DNA of 64,000 nucleotides, from positions 32,001 to 96,000 of the forward strand of contig CAWGPQ010000011.1 of the NCBI GenBank assembly GCA_963824495.1. The letters are read 5' to 3'. The stretch is from an uncultured bacterium. GTDB taxonomy: Bacteria > Babelota > Babeliae > Babelales > Babelaceae. Below, piece after piece: positions 51,964 through 61,770 of the stretch; position 1 is the first letter of the stretch, and every line of letters starts with the position of its first letter. Made by a program: the position numbers and the translations under genes. Below the pieces are notes generated by a model. The model saw only the letters and a list, made by a program, of their open reading frames with translations, searched no databases and was not told the origin of the DNA.

Positions 51964-53454
51964 ACGATTAAAACATTATACTTCGCAGTAGTGCTTACAG
52001 TTGGTTTATCATTATCTCATGCTATACCATTAGGATGTATGGAACAAGCAAACCCTGCCAATCAAGAATTGATAAATGCAGCCTATAATGGAAATGCTGA
52101 AGAAGTTGAAGCTGCACTCAATGCTGGTGCTGATGTTAATTACGCTGATACTCTTGGCTATACTGCTCTCATAGTGGAAACCATGAGGGGAGAGACCCAA
52201 GTAGTTCAATACTTAATAGAGCACAGTGCTGATGTTAATCATACCAATAGTAAAGGTGATACTGCTCTTTCACTCGCAGCTCTAAATGGGCGTATAGAGA
52301 TAGTTAGATTACTTATAAAATATGGTGCTGATGTTAATCATGCTGACAGTGATGGTTATACTGCTCTTATCTTGGCAGCTGGTTATGGAAAGACAGAAAC
52401 AGTTAGATTGCTTATAGAGCATGGTGCTGATGTTAATCGTGCTAATAATGATGATAATACTGCCCTTATGTTGGCAGCTGCAGGGCCAGGGCGATATACA
52501 GATATAGTTAGAGTGCTTATAGAGCATGGTGCTGATGTTAATCGTGCTGATAGGTATGGGCAAACTGCTCTTATGGCTGCAGCTCGTGGTGGACATACAG
52601 ATACAGTTAGATTACTTATAGAATATGGAGCTGATGTTAATTATACACCTCATTATGGTAATACTGCTCTTGGGGAGGCAGCTATAAATGGACATAGAAA
52701 CGTAGTTGAGTTACTTATAGAGCATGGTGCTGATGTTAATCGCGTAGATAGTGGTGGTAACACTATCCTTATGTCTACTCTTTTAAAGTCGATAACCATT
52801 GCTTCATCTAGACCCAGACTACTGGCAACTGCTCGAGTGCTCATAGAGCATGGAGCAAGAATACCAAACGCTGGCAACCTAAAACAACGCGTCTTACAAG
52901 CTTTAAGTGCTGTATTTGAAGGCAACGAGCTTGCTTATGCAGCAGCCCGGGGAGATACTAAGCACGTGGTAGAATTACTTTCCACTCTACCGCAAGCTCA
53001 ACCACTTACTATTAACCATCAAGATAGTCATGGTATGACAGCGTTACATTGGGCTGCTGCTCAAGGACATGACGATATCGTAAAACTATTACTTGATCTT
53101 GGTGCAAATATTAACCTACAAAATGCAGAGGGTAATACACCGTTACATTTAGCAGCTCGCAACGGTAATTTAACTACCGTTAGACTCTTACTTGCACGTG
53201 GTGCTAATGCTACTATTGTTAACCGACAAGGTCAGACTCCTCTAGCTCTCGCCCGGCAATACCATCGTTCTGCTATTGTTGACTTATTAGCAAGAGAAGC
53301 TGGTCGTGCTGTGTTTGGTAGAGTATCACGAGCAGGTCGAGTCGGAGAGTTTGCATGGCGGCCTACAGGCGCTACCGTTCCCCCTGAGATAGTTGACATA
53401 ATTGCCCAGTTTGCTCAGGCCGCCGGCCATATACCTCCATCAGGGTCAGCATGA
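51964..53454 (+). CDS. Secreted ankyrin cassette copy E (8 variable repeats, same as B)
   Basis: Homologous start position reads ACG-ATT-AAA at 51964 (ORF track starts at GTG 51991); tail VPPEIVDIIAQF. Confidence 0.9.
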   Translation, partial: TIKTLYFAVVLTVGLSLSHAIPLGCMEQANPANQELINAAYNGNAEEVEAALNAGADVNYADTLGYTALIVETMRGETQVVQYLIEHSADVNHTNSKGDTALSLAALNGRIEIVRLLIKYGADVNHADSDGYTALILAAGYGKTETVRLLIEHGADVNRANNDDNTALMLAAAGPGRYTDIVRVLIEHGADVNRADRYGQTALMAAARGGHTDTVRLLIEYGADVNYTPHYGNTALGEAAINGHRNVVELLIEHGADVNRVDSGGNTILMSTLLKSITIASSRPRLLATARVLIEHGARIPNAGNLKQRVLQALSAVFEGNELAYAAARGDTKHVVELLSTLPQAQPLTINHQDSHGMTALHWAAAQGHDDIVKLLLDLGANINLQNAEGNTPLHLAARNGNLTTVRLLLARGANATIVNRQGQTPLALARQYHRSAIVDLLAREAGRAVFGRVSRAGRVGEFAWRPTGATVPPEIVDIIAQFAQAAGHIPPSGSA

Positions 53455-53627
53455 GAGTAACCTATACTGTGAGCTATTGGCAAGGATAAGCAGCTTAAGC
53501 AAACAGTGCTCAAAAGTATGTCCTAAAGCATGCAGAGTTAAAAATCGTTAACGTATTGATTATATTGCTTGGCTTTTGATATAATCAAAAATAGAAATAA
53601 TAAGATCTTAATGGAAAGAATTATAGT
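53455..53627 (+). repeat. Conserved inter-cassette spacer (copy 3)
   Basis: Near-identical to the other four copies. Confidence 0.95.
53556..53590 (+). promoter_or_regulatory. Extended -10 promoter overlapped by a palindrome (present in every spacer)
   Basis: TTGATT-N18-TATAAT with TGn before the -10; TTTTGAT-ATA-ATCAAAA at 53574..53590. Confidence 0.6.
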
Positions 53628-54818
53628 GTGATTAAAGTTGCTATAAAATTACTCATGATTGGCTTGTCGTTATCTAATGTTCTGCTCTTGGAGTGTATGC
53701 ACGTACAAGGACTAGCAAGCCCTGCCAACCAAGAATTGATAAATGCAGCAAAGAATGGCAATCTTGAAGGAGTCGAAGCTGCCCTCAATGCTGGCGTTGA
53801 TGTTAATTATGCTGATAGTGATGGTTATACTGCTCTTATGTGGGCAGCTGTTTATGAACATACAGAGATGGTTAGATTGCTTATAGAGCAGGGTGCTGAT
53901 GTTAATCGTGCTAATAATAATGGCACTACTGCTCTTATGTGGGCAGCTGTTTATGGACATACAGATATAGTTAGATTGCTTATAGAGCAGGGTGCTGAAG
54001 TTAATCGTGCTAATAATTATGGCAGTACTGCTCTCATATGGGCAGCTCTATATGAGCGCATAAATACAGCTAGAGTGCTTATAGGGCATGGGGCAAGAAT
54101 ACCCACTGAAGGGGATCTTCAAAGATTTGCTCAAGGGGTTCCTGACTTTCCTGCGGCTCTACAACGGACCAGGCAAGCTTTAAGTGCTGTATTTGAAGGT
54201 AATGAGCTTGCTTATGCGGCCGCCCGGGGCGATACCAAGCGCGTGGTAGTATTACTTTCTACTTTACCCCAGGCTCAACCACAATCACCTCAGACCAAAT
54301 CGTTGATTGCTCAATTGCGTAAACTGCTTGCTTCTTATGCCATACTGGCCCCAATGATACCCCCTCAAATTAACATTAACCATCCAGATAGTCATGGTAT
54401 GACAGCGTTACATTGGGCTGCTGCTCAAGGATATAACGATATAATAAAACTATTACTTGATTTTGGTGCAAATATTAACCCACAAAATGCAGAGGGTAAT
54501 ACACCGTTACACTTAGCAGCTCGCAACGGCAACCTGAGTGTGGTTAAACTTTTGCTTGCGCGTGGCGCTAATGCTACTGTTGTTAACCGACAAGGTCAGA
54601 CTGCTTTGGCTCTTGCCTATAGGTATCATCATCCTAATGTTGTCGCTTTCTTAGAAGCACAAGCAGGTCGTGCTGTGTTTGGTAGAGTGTCACGAGCAGG
54701 TCGAGTCGGAGGGTTTGCATGGCAGCCTACAGGCACTACCCTTCCCCCTGAGATAGTTGACATAATTGCCCAGTTTGCTCAGGCCGCCGGCCATATACCT
54801 CCATCAGGGTCAGCATGA
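53628..54818 (+). CDS. Secreted ankyrin cassette copy F (4 variable repeats)
   Basis: Constant signal, constant block and LPPEIVDIIAQF tail. Confidence 0.92.
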   Translation: MIKVAIKLLMIGLSLSNVLLLECMHVQGLASPANQELINAAKNGNLEGVEAALNAGVDVNYADSDGYTALMWAAVYEHTEMVRLLIEQGADVNRANNNGTTALMWAAVYGHTDIVRLLIEQGAEVNRANNYGSTALIWAALYERINTARVLIGHGARIPTEGDLQRFAQGVPDFPAALQRTRQALSAVFEGNELAYAAARGDTKRVVVLLSTLPQAQPQSPQTKSLIAQLRKLLASYAILAPMIPPQININHPDSHGMTALHWAAAQGYNDIIKLLLDFGANINPQNAEGNTPLHLAARNGNLSVVKLLLARGANATVVNRQGQTALALAYRYHHPNVVAFLEAQAGRAVFGRVSRAGRVGGFAWQPTGTTLPPEIVDIIAQFAQAAGHIPPSGSA

Positions 54819-54990
54819 GAGTAACCTATACTGTGAGCTATTGGCAAGGATAAGCAGCTTAAGCAAACAGTGCTCAAAAGTATGTCCTAAAGCATGCAGA
54901 GTTAAAAATCGTTAAAGTATTGATTATATTGCTTGGCTTTTGATATAATCAAAAATAGAAATATAAGATCTTAATGGAAAGAATTATAGT
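54819..54990 (+). repeat. Conserved inter-cassette spacer (copy 4)
   Basis: Near-identical to the other copies. Confidence 0.95.
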
Positions 54991-55980
54991 ATGATTAAAG
55001 TTGCTATAAAATTACTCATGATTGGCTTGTCGTTATCTAATGTTCTGCTCTTAGAGTGTATGCACGTACAAGGACCAGCAAACCCTGCCAACCAAGAATT
55101 GATAAATGCAGCAGAGAATGGCAATCTTGAAGGAGTCGAAGCTGCCCTCAGTGCTGGCGTTGATGTTAATTATGCCGATGTTCATGGCAATACTGCTCTT
55201 ATCTTGGCAGCTGCTTATGGACATACAGAGATGGTTAGATTGCTTATAGAGCATGGTGCTGATGTTAATCGTGCTAATAATTATGGCAATACTGCTCTTA
55301 CATGGGCAGCTCTATATGGCTACACAGAGATAGCTAGAGTACTTATAGAGCATGGGGCAAGAATACCCACTGGAGAACATCTTCAAAGATTTGCTCTGCA
55401 GCTACGCGCAAGGCAGGTTTTAAGTGCTGTATTTGAGGGTAACGAGCTTGCTTATGCAGCAGCTCGAGGAGATACTAAGCGCGTGGTAGAATTACTTTCC
55501 ACTCTACCGCAAGCTCAACCACTTACTATTAACCATCAAGATGGCCATGGTATGACAGCGTTACATTGGGCTGCTGCTCAAGGACATGACGATATAATAA
55601 AACTATTACTTGAGTTTGGTGCAAATATTAATCTACAAAATGCACAGGGTGATACACCGTTACACTTAGCAGCTCGTAATGGTAACTTAAGTACCGTTAG
55701 ACTCTTACTTGCACGTGGTGCTAATGTTACTATGGTTAACCGACAGGGTCAGACTCCTCTGGTTCTTGCCCAACAATATCATCGTTCTGCTATTGTTGAC
55801 CTATTGGCAAGACAGGCAGGGCGCGCTGTGTTTGGTAGAGTATCACGAGCAGGTCGAGCAGGAGAGTTTGCATGGCAGCCTACACCCACCGGCGCTACCC
55901 TCCCCCCCGAGATAGCTGACATAATTGCCCAGTTTGCTCAGGCCCCGGGCCATATGCCTCCATCAGGGTCATCTTCTTAA
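54991..55980 (+). CDS. Secreted ankyrin cassette copy G (3 variable repeats)
   Basis: Constant signal, constant block and LPPEIADIIAQF tail. Confidence 0.92.
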   Translation: MIKVAIKLLMIGLSLSNVLLLECMHVQGPANPANQELINAAENGNLEGVEAALSAGVDVNYADVHGNTALILAAAYGHTEMVRLLIEHGADVNRANNYGNTALTWAALYGYTEIARVLIEHGARIPTGEHLQRFALQLRARQVLSAVFEGNELAYAAARGDTKRVVELLSTLPQAQPLTINHQDGHGMTALHWAAAQGHDDIIKLLLEFGANINLQNAQGDTPLHLAARNGNLSTVRLLLARGANVTMVNRQGQTPLVLAQQYHRSAIVDLLARQAGRAVFGRVSRAGRAGEFAWQPTPTGATLPPEIADIIAQFAQAPGHMPPSGSSS

Positions 55981-56599
55981 GTTTCTTGAGCTTATAAGTA
56001 CGAGTATGTTTTGGTAGCAAGAAAAAATGATTAATTACGTCTTGCTCAATCAAAGCTTTTTTGTATAGACAAGGGATGTATTTGCAGGACATACATGTTG
56101 TATCCTGATTTAGTATAATTAAAAATTGCTTTGTCCTCGGCTTATTAATAAATTACTGAAAATTTTTTAGCTTAAATTATTTTAAATCAATTATTTTGAA
56201 GCCGCTTTGCTTTTTAGTGTACGCGCAAGGAGAAGGAAAGCTTAGCGCAGGCGAGTGAGTCTGTTGTGCGCATAATAAGCCTTTTTTTCTATGTCAATAA
56301 ATTATGAATTGTTGACATACACCATTTTTGACCCTATCTTTTGTTCCAAAATGGAGAACCAACGTAAGAATTATCTAGAAACCACCGAAATAACACGCTT
56401 TCTAAGATCAACGATGTTGCACGATTATCGTATGGTTCATTTATAACTTATTGATGAACCCATTTCTGATATCCATGCTTATATTTATTTATAACTGTTC
56501 TGCCGATGTGCCAAAAATTAATAGTATAATTATTTTTTGGTGAATTTTATTTTATTCTATTTAAAGATGGGCTTTAGCTAGCCTGGGTCATTGTGCCTA

Positions 56600-56628
56600 A
56601 AAGAGGAGGTATATTACATCTCCTCTTT
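56600..56628 (-). terminator. Hairpin downstream of the 56648..57222 gene
   Basis: AAAGAGGAG-11nt-CTCCTCTTT. Confidence 0.55.
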
Positions 56629-56647
56629 CTTGTGGTTAAACCTCTCA

Positions 56648-57222
56648 CTAAGTAATCACCAATTTTTTGAACCCATATCCTTGAGGTGCATTTTCATCGT
56701 CGGCTAGAGTTAGGGTATAGGTATATCCATTTTCAAACACTACACAAGGCAAAGGCTTTAGTGGAACAGAAGACGGCACCCACGCACGGGGTATCGTTGC
56801 CTCTTCATAAGATAAATAAGCTACCGCTTCTATGTATCCAGCCGGTCCAACCTGTGGCAAGATACAACCGTGAGCATAACCAGTTGCGGTAGTCTTCAAA
56901 ATATTTTCCCATGATTTTCCTGCCCATGCTTTATTAGTAAAAGAATAGGGTGAGATAAGTTTATGCTTTGCTTCGATAACTACACTCGGCTCTCCTGCTA
57001 TCAAACTAACAGTAACTGATGGCTGAAATCCAGCTCCCCTCCCTGTTTTCCAGTTGCTGGAGTGGTGACGTAAAAGGTAAATGCGCTGTCTTGAAGCCCG
57101 GTTTTATTGACAAAGTGTATGATATAATCATTTTGAGCTTGTGCAAAATGCATTTGGCAAAAGCATAGCCACCGAAGCCATGAGCATATGGTATACTTTC
57201 TATTAATAGATATTATTATCAT
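56648..57222 (-). pseudogene. Frameshifted secreted protein; paralog of 59334..59960
   Basis: Shared AQN.Y.IHFVN.T.L and F.NG.TYTLTLADDE..P.GYGFKKLVIT; one G missing in the GGAGGGG run (~57025-57033); compensating -1/+1 shifts in the signal region. Confidence 0.8.
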
Positions 57223-57656
57223 TACTATTCTCCTTTTTTTACACGAATTAAACAAGTAAACTAGGTCAGGCCTTGTTGCATAAATACCTAATCTATTTTT
57301 AATATATAAAAACATAAATACAAGTTGTCAATAAGAAGTTACATAAAGACAGGGTAATCGCACCAATTATGGTGAAATAAAGGCATTTTGCTGAAAAGTT
57401 AGAATGTAAGCTAGAAATGAGAAGAAAGAGCAAAGAGTTATTATTAAAATCATTTATAATTTTTTGTATTTCATCCACACAATATCAATATGGTACACTT
57501 TCCGCGTCAATATAACTGGAAATCTTGTTGTAGTAAGATAAAAATCTTGCACTATATTATAGCAATTATGTATAAAGGTACTAGCACATTGACGCACTGT
57601 TCAAAAATGAAAGCACCACAAAGATATATAAAATTTAAATTAATCATAATTATTTT

Positions 57657-58697
57657 ATGAAATATCACACTAAGTCTGGCCGCGTAAAAAAGCTTATTAT
57701 CTATATCTATAGCACGTTTTTTCTTTCTTTGTTTATGAGTAAATTAGCGCAAGCGCATGGATTTGGTGAATACGCCCACATAAAGGTAGTAGGAGGTTGG
57801 AAGAGAATTAAACAGCTCTATGAAAATCAATTCAACCACAAGCAATCAGTAACAAGTTATGACCTACACTTAGGCAAACACGTTAAAGGCTGTGTAAAAG
57901 CAAGTGGCATGAGTAAAACGAATTGTTACTTTAGGGTTGGCTTTGATAAAAATTCTAACAATGATATTTTGTGCACACCAACTCAAAAATTTTACGTACC
58001 CTCGAAAAAGGCATGGGTTTCTGCATATAAGTTACAACCGGGTGATTTTTTATTAAGCAGTGGCATTAAATTGATACCAATTACTTATATAAAGTTCATA
58101 AAAAAACCACTTAGAGTTTACTCAATTGAACTTGAAGGCTATCACACTTATTTATTGGGCGACTATGAGATCTTGACACATAACATGACCTTACCCATTG
58201 CTGCTGGCATGAGCATAGCTATTGCATTTGGCGAGGGAGCGACAGCAGGAGGGGCTGCCGGGGCATTCTTTGGTCCTCCAGTAATTATAGCAGGTGTAGT
58301 AGTTGGTGGCGCAATCGGTCTTGTCATACAAGCCATGGCAAACAACAGAGAGAAAGCAGCGTACCATTTAGATTTTAATATTAAAGATATTACAAGGTTT
58401 CTCAAAGAACGTGATAACATTGAAAGAGAAAGCAGCAACAAAAATGAAGATGCACAAGCTCCTGGAAAGCCCACTGAAAAAGACGGCTATATTCCTGCCA
58501 AAAGCTGGGATGGAAAAAAGGTAAAGAATCCAAATGGTCCTGGATATGGCTGGCCAGACAAAAAGGGAAATATATGGGTACCTTCAGGCCCAAATGGTCA
58601 TGGCGGTCCGCATTGGGATGTTGAATATTCCGGTAAAAGCAAAGATTACGATAATGTTTTTCCAGGCGGAAAAGCCCGTCCTGGTAGAAAAAAATAG
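57657..58697 (+). CDS. Polymorphic toxin: signal peptide, Hint domain, Gly-rich hydrophobic segment, C-terminal nuclease-like (Ntox37-like) domain
   Basis: Hint motifs CTPTQKF, WVSAYKLQPGD, VYSIEL...HTY...THN; toxin tip GWPDKKGNIWVP...HGGPHWDV. Confidence 0.8.
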   Translation: MKYHTKSGRVKKLIIYIYSTFFLSLFMSKLAQAHGFGEYAHIKVVGGWKRIKQLYENQFNHKQSVTSYDLHLGKHVKGCVKASGMSKTNCYFRVGFDKNSNNDILCTPTQKFYVPSKKAWVSAYKLQPGDFLLSSGIKLIPITYIKFIKKPLRVYSIELEGYHTYLLGDYEILTHNMTLPIAAGMSIAIAFGEGATAGGAAGAFFGPPVIIAGVVVGGAIGLVIQAMANNREKAAYHLDFNIKDITRFLKERDNIERESSNKNEDAQAPGKPTEKDGYIPAKSWDGKKVKNPNGPGYGWPDKKGNIWVPSGPNGHGGPHWDVEYSGKSKDYDNVFPGGKARPGRKK

Positions 58698-58706
58698 GTT
58701 TTAAAA

Positions 58707-59018
58707 ATGGAAAACAGCCACATTGTTCTTGAATGTAAGCGCGTTAAATTTTTTTCACGACGTGATGAAGACGCATTTTTTGAATGGGCAAAGAAAATTA
58801 AAAGCATAAAATTAATTAAAGGCGTAGGCGATAAGATACAGCTTTACGTAGGCAAACAAGAAATAAGCAACGAAGATTTTAGAGATATCATAGCTTTATT
58901 TAATAGGTACAAAGTTGATATGAAACAGTTAGAACTTTTCTTAAACGAGAGCAATGAGCACCTGTATTATGAATATAAAAAGAGGTATTTGATTAATATT
59001 TACCCTTCAGGTCAATAG
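58707..59018 (+). CDS. Probable cognate immunity protein
   Basis: 103-aa ORF without a signal peptide, 9 nt after the toxin stop; FFS..DE.AFFEW motif. Confidence 0.7.
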   Translation: MENSHIVLECKRVKFFSRRDEDAFFEWAKKIKSIKLIKGVGDKIQLYVGKQEISNEDFRDIIALFNRYKVDMKQLELFLNESNEHLYYEYKKRYLINIYPSGQ

Positions 59019-59333
59019 CTACTTTCTATTAATCTGCTTTCGTAGATTGAAATAGGCTACTTCCAACTAAAAAATACGAGAAGCTCCATAGAATTTTTTT
59101 GTTGATAAAATGTTGCCCAAGCCTAGACTATCTGCCAACTCTTTGATACGCTATAGTATTATAGTATACTAATTTTGAGTAACATTTTTTCCTAAAGCTA
59201 AAGTTAACGTTCAAGTTTTGACATTATCCCTGACTATACGTATCATTATAATTAAACTTGCTGCTATATTTATAGAAGAATTAAATAATTTTTTACTGCA
59301 CACCGAAAAGCATTGACTAAATTGATAGCCCAG

Positions 59334-59960
59334 TTATATTATTGTGCTTGTAATACGCTTGCCATAGGTAATTACCAGTTTCTTAAACCCATATCCCTTG
59401 GGCTGGGCTTCATCATCGGCAAGAGTTAGGGTGTAGGTGTCGCCGTTTTTAAACGGAACACAGCTGGAAGGAATATATGATTGTGGAGTTAAGACGCTGG
59501 TCCCAAATCCTCCGGGCACCCCCTCGATCTCTTGTAGTGTGTACTGCTCAAGAACTTGAGGACTAACACAAGGCGTAAAGTAGGCAGCGGATGAAAGGTC
59601 AGGGACTGTAGGAGGTAATCCAATACAAGCACCTGTTTGTGACCAATCTATTGTCGTGAACCCTCTTCCCAACGGCCCATAGCTAAAGCCAAAAGGTTGA
59701 GACAGCGTGTAACTTACAAAAATTAGTATCTTTTCAGACGAAGTGGTAAGCGATAGTGGGAGGAAAGAAGATTTTACCTGGGGCGCACCATTGCTATCTA
59801 CAGACTGATAGATAACACAAAATTGAATTGCGGGCAGATCGGTGTTATTAACAAAGTGTATAGTATAATTATTTTGAGCTGGTGCGAATAAATTTATCAA
59901 AAGCATAGCAATTAAAGCCATAAGTATATGGTAGGGTTTTTTATTAATAGATAGTATCAT
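59334..59960 (-). CDS. Secreted hypothetical protein (beta-rich)
   Basis: AGAGGAG RBS, signal peptide; paralog at 56648..57222. Confidence 0.7.
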   Translation of the reverse strand: MILSINKKPYHILMALIAMLLINLFAPAQNNYTIHFVNNTDLPAIQFCVIYQSVDSNGAPQVKSSFLPLSLTTSSEKILIFVSYTLSQPFGFSYGPLGRGFTTIDWSQTGACIGLPPTVPDLSSAAYFTPCVSPQVLEQYTLQEIEGVPGGFGTSVLTPQSYIPSSCVPFKNGDTYTLTLADDEAQPKGYGFKKLVITYGKRITSTII

Positions 59961-60359
59961 TATATTCTCCTCTTCTTTATTTGCCCCCAGGCTTTTACTG
60001 ATTTTTCTTATTAAATTTATTATAGAAAGAAATTGATAAACAAAACAAGGGTTTTTTTATTTTAATTGAAAATTCTTGTAAGTCATTATGGCTTAATGAG
60101 CGATCATAATAAACAATTCCAAATCCTGCCTCTTAATATAGCCTTAAGCGTCAGATCTACGGAAAGCTCCGCAGGCAGCAGGATGTCTTGTCATATGAGC
60201 TGCAATGAGGTTAATAAAATTGTATCAGGGTTAAATCCTGGATAAAGTTGAAGTGTTTCTTGACGTGGCAATTCTTGAAAGGCTCTCTGTAAAACTTCTT
60301 GTGCTACTGGTATATTTGCATAATTGTGTACTACCAGACATCTTAAAACGCTAACAAAC

Positions 60360-61598
60360 TTACGAATGTGATCCCGATGGCAATGTAGGGTGGACAGGAG
60401 CCTGTGCAAGCTGGGCAATTTGTCTCGCAACTTCAGGCGGAAGAAGCTCACCTGTAGGCTGCCATGCAAAGCCTCCTCTACGACCTAATTGTGATACTCT
60501 GCCAAACACAGCCCGGCCTGCTTGTGCTTCTAAGAAAGCAAGAACATCAGGATGATGATACCTATAGGCAAGAGCCAAAGCAGTCTGACCTTGTCGGTTA
60601 ACAACAGTAGCATTAGCGCCACGCGCAAGCAAAAGTTTAACCACACTCAGGTTGCCGTTGCGAGCTGCTAAGTGTAACGGTGTATTGCCCTCTGCATTTT
60701 GTAGGTTAACATTTGCACCAAAATCAAGTAATAGTTTTACTATATTGTTATGTCCTTGAGCAGCAGCCCAATGTAACGCTGTCATACCTTGAGTATTTTG
60801 ATGGTTAATGTTAAGAGGTTGAGGTGGTATCGCTGGTGGCAGTATGGCACAAGAAGCAAGCAGCTTACGCAACTGAGCAATCAACGATTGCGCCTGAGGT
60901 GATTGTGGTTGAGCTTGGCTTGGAGTGGAAAGTAATTCTACCACGTGCTTAGTATCGCCTCGGGCTGCTGCATAAGCAAGCTCGTTACCCTCAAATACTT
61001 CACTTAGAAATTGCCTTGCCGGCTGCTCTAGGTTCGGAATGCCAAGATTTAGCTGGTTAGGTCTCTGCAGCTCTTCTGCAGTTGGTATTGTCGACTTGTA
61101 AATAACATAACTAAGAGTAGTAAACCCATCTCTATCAGCTACAAGATTAACGTCAGCCCCATGCTCTATAAGCAATCTAGCTATATCTTCATGTCCAGCG
61201 TTAGCTGCCAACATAAGAGCAGTATTGCCAGCATTATTTGCACCATTAACATCACCACCCCGCTCTATAAGCAATCTAACCATCTCTGTATGTTCATAAA
61301 CAGCTGCCCACATAAGAGCAGTATAGCCAAGAGTATCGGCATGATTAACATCAGCACCCTGCTCTAGAAACAGTCTAACTATATCTATATGTCCATAAAC
61401 AGCTGCCATCATAAGAGCTGTCCAACCATTACTGTCAGCATAATTGATATTGGCACCAGCATTGAGTGCAGCTTCTGCTGCATTTATCAATTCTTGGTCG
61501 GCAGGGTTTGCTGGTCCTTGTACGTGCATACACTCTAAGAGCAGAACATTAGATAACGACAAGCCAATCATGAGTAGTTTTATAGCAACTTTAATCAT
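60360..61598 (-). CDS. Secreted ankyrin cassette copy H (4-5 variable repeats; in-frame deletion in the first)
   Basis: Constant signal; ELINAAEAALNAG is 8 aa shorter than in the paralogs; tail LLPPEVARQIAQL. Confidence 0.9.
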   Translation of the reverse strand: MIKVAIKLLMIGLSLSNVLLLECMHVQGPANPADQELINAAEAALNAGANINYADSNGWTALMMAAVYGHIDIVRLFLEQGADVNHADTLGYTALMWAAVYEHTEMVRLLIERGGDVNGANNAGNTALMLAANAGHEDIARLLIEHGADVNLVADRDGFTTLSYVIYKSTIPTAEELQRPNQLNLGIPNLEQPARQFLSEVFEGNELAYAAARGDTKHVVELLSTPSQAQPQSPQAQSLIAQLRKLLASCAILPPAIPPQPLNINHQNTQGMTALHWAAAQGHNNIVKLLLDFGANVNLQNAEGNTPLHLAARNGNLSVVKLLLARGANATVVNRQGQTALALAYRYHHPDVLAFLEAQAGRAVFGRVSQLGRRGGFAWQPTGELLPPEVARQIAQLAQAPVHPTLPSGSHS

Positions 61599-61770
61599 AC
61601 TATAATTCTTTCCATTAAGATCTTATGTTTCTATTTTTGATTATATCAAAAGCCAAGCAATATAACCAACACTTTAATAATTTTTAACTCTGCATGCTTT
61701 AGGACATACTTTTGAGCACTGTTTGCTTAAGCTGCTTATCCTTGCCAATAGCTCACAGTATAGGTTACTC
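61599..61770 (-). repeat. Conserved inter-cassette spacer (copy 5)
   Basis: Near-identical to the other copies, with a few substitutions. Confidence 0.95.

Noticed and set aside
53455..53543. Spacer as an integron attC site (TAAC just after the stop ... GTTA ~85 nt later, internal hairpin)
   Set aside because: GAGTAAC and GTTAAAA fit RYYYAAC/GTTRRRY poorly, the hairpin is not in register with these boxes, the cassettes are paralogs with their own promoters, and no integron integrase is in the window.
56351..56520. Possible tyrosine recombinase (FimB-like) N-terminal remnant MENQRKNYLETTEITRFL
   Set aside because: Only ~30 codons, no catalytic motifs; similarity too weak to support.
60191..60469. 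92-aa ORF overlapping the end of copy H (and similar alternative-frame ORFs at 39408 and 41081)
   Set aside because: These start in an alternative frame of the conserved tail; the distal part may be a gene remnant but cannot be assigned.
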